From NCBI GenBank assembly GCA_964352815.1, contig CAYGTO010000003.1, forward strand, positions 348 to 64,347: 64,000 nt of DNA, read 5' to 3'. Of this stretch, positions 1-9,460 are shown piece by piece. The notes under the pieces are model-generated. The model worked only from the letters and a program-made list of their open reading frames with translations. It made no database searches and was not told where the DNA came from. The position numbers were made by a program, and so were the translations under genes. Position 1 is the stretch's first letter, and every line of letters starts with the position of its first letter. This DNA is from an uncultured Azospirillaceae bacterium (GTDB taxonomy: Bacteria; Pseudomonadota; Alphaproteobacteria; Rickettsiales; UBA3002).

Positions 1-1089
1 TTCGGCTCGTGGTGGGTCTGGGCCGGGCCGATTCCCCTGCCTGGGCTGTATGCCGTCCTCGCGCTCATGACCCTCAGCCTCAGCGCGAAACTGATTCTCA
101 AATCAGTGTGGAAGCCGCGTTTCATCGGCACCCTCCTCACCCATGGCGGCGTGCTCGTGCTGTTCATTGGCGGGCTGCTCACCGCGCTCACCCAGCAAGA
201 GGGCTATATTCCAATTGCTAAGGGCATGGAAAAATCCACCATCACCGATTACCATGAGCGCCGCTTGACGATTACGCGCGATAGCGAGCTGATCTGGTCT
301 GCGCGACATCATGATCTGCATGACGGCATGGTCATCGATCTGCCCGCCCTGCCCTTTACCGTGCGCATCATCGACTATCACCGCCATGCCTATCCCTATG
401 TTCGAGACGCGTCATCGCGCGGTTTAAACGCGGGATCTCTAAATGCGGATAACGCTGGCAGTAGAGATTCCGCGATCAAGTCGCGGAATGACGAAGTTCT
501 ATATAAAGGCCTCGCCCAGCAAGTCGCGCTTAAAGAGGGCGAGCTGATGAAGGATGATGAGGCGAACCATACGGGGATGACGTTTGAGATCCAGATGAAG
601 CCGTCATACTGGCGCTCGACGCCAGTATCTCAAGAGATAGAAAAAGATCCTGGTGTCACGCACCAGGATGACGATATCAACGGCACCTACATTCTGTTCG
701 AGCCGATGCCGCGCTATCCGAGTTTTGAGGCTGACGGCGAGCGCTACGAGCTGCGTTTGCAAAAAGCCGAGCGCGATTTGCCCTTCGCGATTCGTTTGAA
801 TGATTTTCAAAAGATCACTTATCCAGGGACGGAAGAGGCGCGCGAATATCAATCGGATGTGACGATCATCGACGGGGCGAGCGAATGGCGCGGCATCATC
901 GCAATGAACGAGCCGCTGCGCTATGGCGGCTATACTTTTTATCAATCCTCCTTTTTTGAAGGAGGCGAAATTCCAGTATCGGTGCTTGCCGCGGTGAAGA
1001 ATGAGGGGCTTCTCTTTCCCTACATTGCGAGCGTGATGATCGGGCTTGGGCTGCTCTGGCATGTGCTATTGATGATGAGGCGACGATGA
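1..1089 (+). CDS. ccsB: Cytochrome c biogenesis protein ResB/Ccs1 (System II), 5'-truncated by window edge
   Basis: Frame 1 is open from nt 1, with no stop before the listed ATG at 67. TM segment with conserved His (LLTHGGVLVLFIGG). C-terminal family-like signature NEPLRYGGYTFYQSSF plus a last TM. ATGA stop/start overlap with the downstream ccsA. Confidence 0.75.
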   Translation, partial: FGSWWVWAGPIPLPGLYAVLALMTLSLSAKLILKSVWKPRFIGTLLTHGGVLVLFIGGLLTALTQQEGYIPIAKGMEKSTITDYHERRLTITRDSELIWSARHHDLHDGMVIDLPALPFTVRIIDYHRHAYPYVRDASSRGLNAGSLNADNAGSRDSAIKSRNDEVLYKGLAQQVALKEGELMKDDEANHTGMTFEIQMKPSYWRSTPVSQEIEKDPGVTHQDDDINGTYILFEPMPRYPSFEADGERYELRLQKAERDLPFAIRLNDFQKITYPGTEEAREYQSDVTIIDGASEWRGIIAMNEPLRYGGYTFYQSSFFEGGEIPVSVLAAVKNEGLLFPYIASVMIGLGLLWHVLLMMRRR

Positions 1090-3032
1090 AGAACCCGCTC
1101 TATATGTTACTTTTATGGATTGCATTTGCCTTACCTCTCAAGGCAGAAGAAGTCGTTTTGCGAGAAGCGAATGCAATGAGTGACGAAGCAATCCAGGGCA
1201 GTCATACTGGATCGCGTCGCTTCGCTCGCGAAACAGATTTTGATCAGTTTGGTGCGCTGCCTGTACTGCATGAAGGACGCATCAAACCGCTTAGCCACTT
1301 CGCATATATTGCACTGCAACATACACATGGCGCATCGAGCTTCGAAGATCGCTCTGCCACTGCCTGGCTCGCTACTACCTTGTTTGCGCCGGAGCAGATG
1401 GCGGAGAAACCGCTCTTCCCCATCCGCAATGACGAGGTTGCGCGCAGCTTTGGGCTCGAGCCGAATAAGGCAAAACGCTATAGTTTTCAAGAGGTCTATC
1501 CAGCGCTCACTGAAAAGAAAGCCATGGTGCAGGCACTGCGCCAGAAAGATCGCAACACGCTTTCTGCGCGCGAGGCCGCAGTGGTGCGACTGCATGACCG
1601 CGCCGCACTGATGTTGCAGCTCACCGAAGCACTCAGCGCGATTCGGCCGCTTGAAGTGTCGCCGCGTGCGCGCGAAATGCTTATCAAATATGAGATTCCA
1701 GTCGGCGCGCGTGAGGTTATCACCTATCTCGATATGCAGCCTTACCGGCGTGATCTGGAAGAAGCGCTGAAAGCGATTTACGCCGCACGTCACCATGATG
1801 AGTCGGACGGTATGTATACCGACGATGATCTAGCAATGGGTGAGTTTTCGTACTATTTGGAGGTACTCGCAACCGTCTCAGAATATAATGAAACGCTGCG
1901 TATTCTGCCGCTTTCCGAAGAGCCCTCTGCAGAATGGGTAACACCATGGCAACTGATTCGCAGTGGGAATGGCACCCCGAAAACCACGGCGCTCATGGAG
2001 CAATGGCAAGCAATGGCCAGAGCGTTTCATGCGCAAGATGCGGTGCAGTTTGATGCAGCAGTGGCGAAAGCAGCCGCACTCTACGCGCCTTACGTGGAAG
2101 ATCAGCCGCTCGCGCTCGAACAGCTCTACCACGCCGTGTCGTGGAAATGGGTGGCGATCGGCGGGTATGTGTTATCACTCCTATGCGTCGCTTTATCCTG
2201 GCGCCTCGGCGCTGTCAGTCTCGCCGCCATCGCACTGACTTCGCACTCCTTCGGTCTGGCGATGCGCATTCTGATTCTTGAACGCCCACCCGTTACCACA
2301 TTGTATGAGTCGGTCCTTTTCGTCGGTTGGGTTGCAGCGCTACTTGGGTTCCTATGGGTGCTCCGTTCGAAGCATACTGAAATTCTCGCCGTAGGCGCTG
2401 GGATTGCTGCCCTGCTCCTCTTCATCAGCCCGCTTTATGTCGAAGGCGATTCGCTCGAGATGCTCGTAGCTGTGTTGAACACGAATATCTGGCTCGCCAC
2501 CCATGTCATCATTATCACCATGGGCTATGGCGCCAGCATGGTCGCAGGAACGCTTGCCCATGTGGCGCTGTGGAAGCGAGGTTACAGGTTACAGGTTATA
2601 GAAGAGACAAAGATACTGAAACCTGAAACCTATGACCTAAAACCTGTCTTCCTCATCACTCTCATCGCCGCATTGCTCACCATTGTCGGCACCGTTCTCG
2701 GCGGCATTTGGGCAGACCAAAGTTGGGGGCGCTTTTGGGGCTGGGATCCGAAAGAAAATGGCGCATTACTCATCGTCCTCTGGATTGTTTGGCTCCTCCA
2801 TGCGCGCATCACCAAACAGCTCCCGGAAATCGGCTGGCTCGCTTTCCTGGCGGGGCTGAATATTATCGTCGCCATCTCCTGGTTTGGCGTGAATCTTCTG
2901 GGCGTTGGGCTACATTCCTATGGCTTCACCGAGAGCGCGGTGTACGGCCTTATCGCCTTCTGCCTATGTGAACTTCTTGTCATTAGCTTTTTGACGCTGC
3001 GTGCGATACAACAGTCAAAACAGCAGCATTAA
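1086..3032 (+). CDS. ccsA: Cytochrome c biogenesis heme-handling protein CcsA/ResC (System II) with long N-terminal periplasmic extension
   Basis: 648 aa. Signal peptide MKNPLYMLLLWIAFALPLKA. Polytopic C-terminal half with Trp-rich motif WGRFWGWDPKENGALLIVLWIVWLLHAR. Confidence 0.85.
   Translation: MKNPLYMLLLWIAFALPLKAEEVVLREANAMSDEAIQGSHTGSRRFARETDFDQFGALPVLHEGRIKPLSHFAYIALQHTHGASSFEDRSATAWLATTLFAPEQMAEKPLFPIRNDEVARSFGLEPNKAKRYSFQEVYPALTEKKAMVQALRQKDRNTLSAREAAVVRLHDRAALMLQLTEALSAIRPLEVSPRAREMLIKYEIPVGAREVITYLDMQPYRRDLEEALKAIYAARHHDESDGMYTDDDLAMGEFSYYLEVLATVSEYNETLRILPLSEEPSAEWVTPWQLIRSGNGTPKTTALMEQWQAMARAFHAQDAVQFDAAVAKAAALYAPYVEDQPLALEQLYHAVSWKWVAIGGYVLSLLCVALSWRLGAVSLAAIALTSHSFGLAMRILILERPPVTTLYESVLFVGWVAALLGFLWVLRSKHTEILAVGAGIAALLLFISPLYVEGDSLEMLVAVLNTNIWLATHVIIITMGYGASMVAGTLAHVALWKRGYRLQVIEETKILKPETYDLKPVFLITLIAALLTIVGTVLGGIWADQSWGRFWGWDPKENGALLIVLWIVWLLHARITKQLPEIGWLAFLAGLNIIVAISWFGVNLLGVGLHSYGFTESAVYGLIAFCLCELLVISFLTLRAIQQSKQQH
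2579..2645. repeat. In-frame palindromic array of heptamers inside ccsA (3x AGGTTAY, then 4x inverted NNAACCT/NNGACCT)
   Basis: Direct reading: AGGTTAC AGGTTAC AGGTTAT, an 18-nt spacer, then GAAACCT GAAACCT ATGACCT AAAACCT. Encodes RGYRLQVIEETKILKPETYDLKP between predicted TM helices. Confidence 0.5.
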
Positions 3033-3036
3033 TTTC

Positions 3037-3672
3037 ATGATCAAACCGTTTACCATGATTGGTCTCATCCTCTTGCTTTTGGCAGGGACGGTTGCGCTTG
3101 GCTATGTTCTCTCGCGGCCAGAAGCGCCGATCAGCACGCGTAATTTTGTCGCACCAAGTGCTGAACCCACTGCGCACGACAAGACTTCGCTTTCAGTAGC
3201 ACCTGACTTTACTGCTCCGATATTGCACCCTGCTTCACAAGAAATGATTACGTTATCAGAGCATCGTGGGCGCTACGTGCTGCTGAATTTTTGGGCAAGC
3301 TGGTGTAGCCCGTGCCTAACCGAAATGCCTGAATTTATTACCCTCGCAAAGGCTCATCCGGATGATATCACCATTCTCGCACTGACCATTGATAGTAAAC
3401 AAGAGAAAGCGTCAGCATTTGTCACTGACACCTATGCTGAAGCGCTGGGTGACGCAAACAATATGATCTTTGCATGGGACGAAGCCGCACGCATTTCGCA
3501 AAAAAAGTTCGGCACATTCCGTATTCCGGAAAGCTACCTCATTGACCCGGAAGGTCAGATTATAAAGAAGTTTGCCGGCCCGGTGATAGAAGAGGATATA
3601 AACGAAATAGAAGCCGTCATTGCCACGTCAAGCGAGCAGAAAGCGAGCGCGCACAGGCAATCCATTCCATGA
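3037..3672 (+). CDS. TlpA/ResA-like periplasmic thiol:disulfide oxidoreductase (thioredoxin fold)
   Basis: N-terminal TM anchor (MIKPFTMIGLILLLLAG). Thioredoxin active site FWASWCSPC. Lies directly downstream of ccsBA. ATG at 3037 preferred over GTG at 3001, which overlaps ccsA. Confidence 0.8.
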   Translation: MIKPFTMIGLILLLLAGTVALGYVLSRPEAPISTRNFVAPSAEPTAHDKTSLSVAPDFTAPILHPASQEMITLSEHRGRYVLLNFWASWCSPCLTEMPEFITLAKAHPDDITILALTIDSKQEKASAFVTDTYAEALGDANNMIFAWDEAARISQKKFGTFRIPESYLIDPEGQIIKKFAGPVIEEDINEIEAVIATSSEQKASAHRQSIP

Positions 3673-3692
3673 ATGTCAGCAGACATTCATAT
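3616..3692 (+). repeat. Palindromic dispersed element, family 1 (GTCATTGCCACG..AAGCGAGCAGAAAGCGAGCGC..CAGGCAATCC..ATGAATGTCAGCAGACATTCAT)
   Basis: Near-identical copies at 10791-10862 (reverse) and 46966-47044. Partial copy at 49924-49973. Overlaps the last ~19 codons and the stop of tlpA. Confidence 0.7.
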
Positions 3693-3705
3693 TAGGGGGA
3701 ACACA

Positions 3706-5229
3706 ATGACCACGCTGCGTTTGATTCTTGGCGATCAACTCAATGAACAGGTGGTGTCACTGCGCGATGCCGAGCCTAACGCAGACATCATCCTCATGGC
3801 GGAAGTCATGGAGGAGGCCACCTACGTCAAACATCATAAAAAGAAAATCGCGTTTCTATTTTCTGCGATGCGCCATTTTGCCGCAGAGCTAAAAGCGGAC
3901 GGCTATGATGTCCGCTATACGAAGATCGATGATAAGGAGAATTCCGGCGATTTATTCGGTGAGGTGAAGAAGGTCTGCAGCGCAGAAGAGATTGACCGGC
4001 TTGTGGTCTGCGAGCCGGGGGAATGGCGGCTTCTGGAGAAAATGAAAGGCTGGCAAAAGAAACTCAATATTCCGGTTGAGATTCGTGAAGATGATCGTTT
4101 TTATGCGACGCACCAACGCTTCAACGCCTGGGCAACGGATGGCCGTAAAGAGCTGACAATGGAATTTTTCTACCGCGAAATGCGCAAAGAATCTGGCATT
4201 TTGATGGATGGCAAAAAACCTGCTGGCGGTAAGTGGAATTTCGATAAGGAGAACCGCAAACCGCTGAAAAAGGGCATGCAGTTTTCCGCGCCGATGCAGT
4301 TCTCACATGATAAGATTACTAAGGATGTGCTCGCCATTGTCGAAGAGAAATTCGGTGACCATTTCGGAGATTTAGAACCCTTCACCTATGCGGTAACGCA
4401 GGGCGATGCACGGCGCGCACTCGCCCATTTCATCGCCAAAAATCTCCCGACCTTTGGTGACTATCAGGATGCGATGGCGGTCGATGAGGCCTTTCTCTCG
4501 CATAGCATTATTGCGCACTATATCAATTGCGGATTACTCTCGCCACAAGAATGCTGCGCCGCAGCAGAGCAGGCCTATCAAGACGGTCACGCGCCGATTA
4601 ATGCGGTCGAAGGGTTTATTCGCCAGATTCTCGGGTGGCGTGAATTCATCCGCGGCATTTATTGGCTGCATATGCCGGACTATAAAGAGCGAAATACGCT
4701 TAAGGCAACGCGCCCCCTCCCCGATTTTTATTGGACTGGCGAGACGAAAATGCGCTGCATCAGCGAGGTGGTAAAATCAACGAAACAGCACGCCTATTCG
4801 CACCATATTCAGCGGCTCATGGTGACGGGAAATTTTGCGCTTCTTGCGGGGCTGGATGTTGAGGAAATGTGCGACTGGTATTTGGCGGTCTATGCCGATG
4901 CCTATGAGTGGGTCGAACTTCCTAACACGCTGGGTATGGCGCTGTATGGCGATGACGGGGTGGTCGGGACCAAGCCCTATGGCTCGTCAGGCGCTTACAT
5001 CAACCGAATGTCGAATTTTTGTGCATCCTGCGAGTATAATGTGAAGGCGAAAACGGGGGAAGAGGCCTGCCCGTTTAACTATCTCTATTGGGATTTTATG
5101 CTGCGCCACCAGGGGCAATTTAAAGACAACCAACGCATGGGGCTGGTCTATAATAATATTGCGAAAAAGAGCAATGAAGAACTCGAACAGATTCAGAGGG
5201 ATGCGAAACGGTTTTTGGAGTCGTTGTAA
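3706..5229 (+). CDS. Cryptochrome/photolyase-family protein, FeS-BCP / (6-4) photolyase-like (PhrB/CryB type)
   Basis: N-terminus [10 protein letters not shown] is typical of the photolyase-related family. C-terminal Cys cluster C-x2-C-x12-C ([27 protein letters not shown]) plus an upstream Cys fits a 4Fe-4S site. SD AGGGGGA lies 5 nt before the ATG at 3706. Confidence 0.8.
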   Translation: MTTLRLILGDQLNEQVVSLRDAEPNADIILMAEVMEEATYVKHHKKKIAFLFSAMRHFAAELKADGYDVRYTKIDDKENSGDLFGEVKKVCSAEEIDRLVVCEPGEWRLLEKMKGWQKKLNIPVEIREDDRFYATHQRFNAWATDGRKELTMEFFYREMRKESGILMDGKKPAGGKWNFDKENRKPLKKGMQFSAPMQFSHDKITKDVLAIVEEKFGDHFGDLEPFTYAVTQGDARRALAHFIAKNLPTFGDYQDAMAVDEAFLSHSIIAHYINCGLLSPQECCAAAEQAYQDGHAPINAVEGFIRQILGWREFIRGIYWLHMPDYKERNTLKATRPLPDFYWTGETKMRCISEVVKSTKQHAYSHHIQRLMVTGNFALLAGLDVEEMCDWYLAVYADAYEWVELPNTLGMALYGDDGVVGTKPYGSSGAYINRMSNFCASCEYNVKAKTGEEACPFNYLYWDFMLRHQGQFKDNQRMGLVYNNIAKKSNEELEQIQRDAKRFLESL

Positions 5230-5390
5230 TGGCGCATAAGAAACCGAACCTCCCCGAGAAAAATTGTGCGCAATGTGCCCTGCCTTTTGCCTGGCGTAAA
5301 AAGTGGGAGAGATGCTGGGATGCGGTGAAATATTGTTCAGAGCGCTGTAAACGTGATGCGAAGAAGAAAGGCTCCATGCGTGTTTCGTGA
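5229..5390 (+). CDS. Small zinc-ribbon protein, DUF2256-like (53 aa, absent from the ORF track)
   Basis: Own translation: [53 protein letters not shown]. Start overlaps the photolyase stop (TAATG). The CxxC...CxxxC pattern and photolyase adjacency are typical of DUF2256. Confidence 0.6.
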   Translation: MAHKKPNLPEKNCAQCALPFAWRKKWERCWDAVKYCSERCKRDAKKKGSMRVS

Positions 5391-5430
5391 AGGCAATCAT
5401 GGAGTGATAGCAAAGGGAAGTGAAATTCCT

Positions 5431-7407
5431 TCAGGCTGCGCTTTGCTCTGGCTGGAAGGCGCGTTTTCTAAAGCTTACACGGAAACACGAGCCCTCTCCA
5501 GGCGTCGACTCTACCGTAATCATCCCATCATGCATCGTCACCACCTTCTTACAGATCGCAAGGCCAATACCCGAGCCTGCATATGCATCTTTGTGGTGGA
5601 GGCGTTTAAAAATATCAAAAATCTGTTTCTGATATTCGGGCGCAATGCCGATGCCATTATCTTGGACTAGCACATACCAATATTCTTCATCCTCTTTAGC
5701 AGAGAGGGTGATTACGGGAGTGCTATCGTCTTCCTGATATTTAAGCCCGTTTGCAATAAGGTTCTGAAACAATTGATAGAGCGGAATTTTATAACCCCAA
5801 ATCGTTGGTAAATTGTGGCTAATGATTTGCGCGTTATCTTGCTCCAAACGCGAGACAAGGTTATCACGCACATGTTGTATAACCCCCTCTAATTCGATCT
5901 TCTCTACCTTCTTATCGCCGCGATCGACTGACGAATAGGCAAGAACATCAGAAATAAGAGTCTGACCGCGCTGCGCGCCGTCGAGTAAGAACTTCAAATA
6001 GGCATCTAACTGACGATCTACTTTACCTTGCTCTTTAAGATACGCCGCTATTTTTTGTGAAAAACTACTAATCATACGCAGCGGCTCTTGCAAATCATGC
6101 GAGCAAATATAGGCAAATTGTTCAAGCCGTTCATTCGCCTCGGTCAACTTTGTAATAAGCTTCTCACGCTCAGTGATATCGCGACCAAGGCCAAGAATAT
6201 AGACCTCTCCATCCACCCCCTGAAACCGCAGTCTTTGAGTAAATAAGGTGCGTTTATTCCCATCCGGGAAGACAAGTGTCTCAATTTTACTGGAATAGCC
6301 GCTCGCAAAAGCCAGCTTGTCTTCTGCTAAGAATTCTTCAACGTCTTTTGGGTCATAATCTTCGAATGTCGTGCTACCAATAATATCGTTCCTGAGTTTA
6401 TTAGGATACAGAGCAAAGAAAGCCTCATTCGCCTGAACGATTCGAAATTCTCTGTCTTTTACAAAGATCAAATCAGGGTTATTATCCATCATGAGCTTGA
6501 GGAAATGTTCGGATTCACGAATCTTACGCTCTTGCGTTTTGACTTCCGTGACGTCTGTGTGCGTGCCAATCATCCGAACGGGCTCTCCTTTTTCATCCCA
6601 CTCCACGACCTTCCCTTGGCAAATCACATACACGGTTGGCCCATCCTTATGCCGATATCGCACTTCTTGCGTAAAAGGGTACGCCCCCTTACTTTCGATG
6701 TGCCTTTTGAGATTATCATTTACCAGCACCAAATCCGTTTCAAAGATAAGCGCCTGCCATTCCCTTGGATGATGCGCTTTCTCATCTGGTGCGTAGCCAA
6801 GCATTTCCCAGAAACGCGGCGACATGTATTCATAATCCGTCTTCAAATGCCAATCCCAATAGCCATCATACCCCTGTTCGAGATAAGCTTGGATGGTCTT
6901 TTGGTGTGCCATGATCATCTTTTCCGAGTTTGCCTGTTCGGTGATGTCCTGGAAAATGCCAAACACTGACACAACCTCGCCCGTCTCATCCGCGGTACAT
7001 TCACCCTTCGAATAGACATGGCGCGTTTCACCATCATGGCCGACTAAGCGTGCTTGAAACGCAAAGTCTTTACCTGTTCGGATCGCCGTATCCACCACAT
7101 GGCTAACATATTGAAGATCATCTTGATGGTAGAACTGCAACGCAGAGGTCAGATCGGGTTGATAGGTTTCGGGGTCTACACCATGAATACGATAAATCTC
7201 CCTAGACCAAAAAAGAGTGTTTTCAACCAAATCAATGCGCCAATGCCCTAGCCCCGCAAACTTTTCAACCATTTCGAGGTAAGCGCTATGCGTTTTTATA
7301 TCTGGAATAGTGACTGTTTCGGGCATAATGATAGAGAATGATTGAACTGGAGTATACTCAGAATCGGGGTTGCATACCAGCACTTGTTGCACCATGCTTC
7401 CTATCAA
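5431..7407 (-). CDS. Multi-PAS sensor histidine kinase
   Basis: Several PAS/PAC-like segments. HisKA H-box ICSHDLQEPLRMI. HATPase N/G boxes (NLIANGLKYQ, DNGIGIAPEY, GSGIGLAICKKVV). True start may be the internal Met at 7326. Confidence 0.85.
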   Translation of the reverse strand: MIGSMVQQVLVCNPDSEYTPVQSFSIIMPETVTIPDIKTHSAYLEMVEKFAGLGHWRIDLVENTLFWSREIYRIHGVDPETYQPDLTSALQFYHQDDLQYVSHVVDTAIRTGKDFAFQARLVGHDGETRHVYSKGECTADETGEVVSVFGIFQDITEQANSEKMIMAHQKTIQAYLEQGYDGYWDWHLKTDYEYMSPRFWEMLGYAPDEKAHHPREWQALIFETDLVLVNDNLKRHIESKGAYPFTQEVRYRHKDGPTVYVICQGKVVEWDEKGEPVRMIGTHTDVTEVKTQERKIRESEHFLKLMMDNNPDLIFVKDREFRIVQANEAFFALYPNKLRNDIIGSTTFEDYDPKDVEEFLAEDKLAFASGYSSKIETLVFPDGNKRTLFTQRLRFQGVDGEVYILGLGRDITEREKLITKLTEANERLEQFAYICSHDLQEPLRMISSFSQKIAAYLKEQGKVDRQLDAYLKFLLDGAQRGQTLISDVLAYSSVDRGDKKVEKIELEGVIQHVRDNLVSRLEQDNAQIISHNLPTIWGYKIPLYQLFQNLIANGLKYQEDDSTPVITLSAKEDEEYWYVLVQDNGIGIAPEYQKQIFDIFKRLHHKDAYAGSGIGLAICKKVVTMHDGMITVESTPGEGSCFRVSFRKRAFQPEQSAA

Positions 7408-7446
7408 ACCAATATCAAGGATATATCCATATCGAAAGGGACACTT

Positions 7447-8022
7447 ATGAATATTTTACTCGTCTACGGATCGATGCGGCAAGACCGCCAAGGCATTCGC
7501 CTGGTTCGCTTTTTGACATCGTTGCTCAAAGAGGCAGGACACCAGCCCGTCATTGCCGACAGTATGGAAACGCCTTTGCCCCTGCTTGATCGGATGTATA
7601 AGGAATATGATGCGGGCAACGCCCCTGCGCCGATGCAAGCGCTGGCCGATAAAATTATCGCAGCCGATGGCGTGGTTATGGTCTCAGGTGAGTATAATCA
7701 TGGTATTCCGCCCGCGCTGAAGAACCTGCTCGATCACTTTTTAGAGGAATGGTATCACAAGCCAGCAGGAATCGCCTGTTACTCGGTTGGGCGTTATGGC
7801 GGGGTGCGCGCGGCGATGCAGCTTCGCATGACACTTCCTGAACTTGGCATGCCAACGATTCCTAGCTTGCTGCCGGTCCCGTCCATATCGCAAACGCTCA
7901 ATCAAGACGGCAGCACCGACCAGGGCTGGCTGGTGAAAAGCGCTGAGAAGTTCATTGAAGAACTCACCTGGTGGGCCAGCGCCGCGAAAGAGAAGAAGGA
8001 AAAAGTGGGTACGGCGTACTAA
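7447..8022 (+). CDS. NAD(P)H-dependent FMN reductase family oxidoreductase
   Basis: N-terminus MNILLVYGSMRQDRQG plus the SGEYNHGIPPALKN motif of the flavodoxin-like FMN reductase family. ATG at 7447 chosen over the upstream 7342 start. Confidence 0.75.
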   Translation: MNILLVYGSMRQDRQGIRLVRFLTSLLKEAGHQPVIADSMETPLPLLDRMYKEYDAGNAPAPMQALADKIIAADGVVMVSGEYNHGIPPALKNLLDHFLEEWYHKPAGIACYSVGRYGGVRAAMQLRMTLPELGMPTIPSLLPVPSISQTLNQDGSTDQGWLVKSAEKFIEELTWWASAAKEKKEKVGTAY

Positions 8023-8056
8023 TAGCTTCGCAGAAGTCTTGGGAGGCTGGAGCGTT

Positions 8057-8162
8057 CAGATCAGCTACTATTTTTCTTCAATTTCGTGTACTCAATTTTG
8101 AAAAACAGAGCTTTCTCTGATTTTGCGTTGAAAATGGATATTCAATCCATTTTCATCCGCAA
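8057..8162 (-). ncRNA. Candidate structured RNA element, copy C, immediately 3' of tRNA-Ala
   Basis: Shares TTGCGGATGAAAA-[hairpin 1]-CAACGCAAAATCAGAGAAAGCT-[hairpin 2]-AGCTGATCTG with copies at 12003-12104 and 28167-28268. Hairpin 1 shows compensatory changes. Hairpin 2 has a different sequence but still pairs. Confidence 0.4.
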
Positions 8163-8238
8163 TGGTGGAGCCTAGGAGATTCGAACTCCTGACCTCTTCG
8201 CTGCCAGCGAAGCGCTCTACCAACTGAGCTAAGGCCCC
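8163..8238 (-). tRNA. tRNA-Ala (anticodon GGC)
   Basis: Hand-folded cloverleaf: acceptor GGGGCCT/AGGCTCC with the G3:U70 Ala identity pair, anticodon loop CTGGCAG, T-loop TTCGAAT, encoded CCA. Confidence 0.95.
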
Positions 8239-8407
8239 ACGAGAATAGGAACATAATCGATTCCACCCACGCCGCAAGCATTAAGATCATTGCGCTTCGC
8301 ATGGCTGTACAATATCGCTGCATTAGCGTTGTCGTCTCGAGCAGCTGTGCTATTAAATACCCATCGCACAGCGCGGTATCACATACGAAGTAAATGAGGA
8401 GAGAACC

Positions 8408-9067
8408 ATGTCACCCATCACACGCACACTCGGCGTCGCACTGATTTCAGCCGTCGCGCTTTCTGGCGCAGCTCACGCCGACGGTTTCAAATTATGCGGC
8501 CAAGTCGCTAACGTTAACGACCAGATTCGTGACTGTGTCGTCACCAAAAATGCACATCAATTCAGCACGCTCAAGGATATGAAGAAGCTACGCAAAATGA
8601 CCATTACGGCAAAAGCGTATCGCCTAGATGACAAAGGGGCCGCCTATTTCGGACAAGCACCAAACCTAGAAAAAACCTTCAAATATTTTGCTGTGCACCA
8701 CGACAATCTCACAGCTGAAGGCATCAAATCATTCGAAGGCTTGCAAGCACTTGAAGAGGTCTACTTCTACAAATCGTCGCTGCCAGATGAAGGGATGAAA
8801 TCCATAGCGAAACTAAAAAACCTAGAGAAATTCGGCCACAGCGCGCCAAAGAATTTCGACGGTTCTGGTCTCGTTCATCTAAAAGCGCTGCCTAAGCTGA
8901 AAAAATTGAATCTGTCATACAGCTCGATTCCGCTAGAGAATTTGAAAGTGCTCGCCGAATACCCTGCACTTGAAGTGCTCGATTTGAATAAAACAGATCA
9001 CACACAGGAAGACCTTGAATTCTTGCTCATGGTGAACCCTGATATGCGCATCTTGACGGATCACTAA
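8408..9067 (+). CDS. Secreted leucine-rich-repeat (LRR) protein
   Basis: Signal peptide (ALISAVALSGAAHA). Repeated LxxLxxLxL units (LKNLEKF, LKALPKLKKLNLSYS, LENLKVLAEYPALEVLDLNKT). Confidence 0.7.
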   Translation: MSPITRTLGVALISAVALSGAAHADGFKLCGQVANVNDQIRDCVVTKNAHQFSTLKDMKKLRKMTITAKAYRLDDKGAAYFGQAPNLEKTFKYFAVHHDNLTAEGIKSFEGLQALEEVYFYKSSLPDEGMKSIAKLKNLEKFGHSAPKNFDGSGLVHLKALPKLKKLNLSYSSIPLENLKVLAEYPALEVLDLNKTDHTQEDLEFLLMVNPDMRILTDH

Positions 9068-9085
9068 GAGTCAATCATTACGAAG

Positions 9086-9122
9086 ATTCCCCTGAGTGCG
9101 TCAGTGCTTGGGGGATTTTTTT
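9086..9122 (+). terminator. Rho-independent terminator candidate after the LRR gene
   Basis: ATTCCCC...GGGGGAT stem followed by TTTTTTT. Lies between convergent genes. Confidence 0.5.
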
Positions 9123-9130
9123 GCGAAAAA

Positions 9131-9451
9131 TTAGCGGCCACGGCTGTGAGAGACTTCCGTTTCATTACTCCCTATTACACGGCTTAGTTGCTGTATGTCC
9201 TGATGATCAGACACAGTAATAAGCGTATCATTATTAACGTCTTTCATTGAAAACCAATTAATTCCGAGCACCTCAAGAGCGTTGACAATGTCAGCATTAC
9301 TTCGCACTTCCAAGCAACCCGTGACTTTGACACTCATAGCTCCCTTAGGCCCCCCACTCCATGATTGTCTTTTCACTATTTCTCTAGCGCGGGCTTCATC
9401 AATAGAAGGATTACTCGCTATAAAAGGGTCTGTGACAATGGAGGTGGGCAT
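9131..9451 (-). CDS. Hypothetical protein (106 aa), third gene of an orphan operon
   Basis: ORF tightly coupled to the upstream ORFs (9-nt gap). No family recognised. Confidence 0.5.
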   Translation of the reverse strand: MPTSIVTDPFIASNPSIDEARAREIVKRQSWSGGPKGAMSVKVTGCLEVRSNADIVNALEVLGINWFSMKDVNNDTLITVSDHQDIQQLSRVIGSNETEVSHSRGR

Positions 9452-9460
9452 GTGAGTAAT

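Noticed and set aside
5431-7407. LOV-type blue-light sensing in the PAS kinase next to the photolyase
   Set aside because: I could not find the GXNCRFLQ flavin-adduct motif in any PAS segment. Adjacency alone is insufficient.
8041-8238. Calling the tRNA-Ala and tRNA-Lys flanks integrated genomic islands or mobile elements
   Set aside because: There is no integrase, recombinase or transposase, and no duplicated tRNA 3' end in the window. Only the inverted ~100-nt element copies were found. It is reported as an observation, not as a mobile_element feature.
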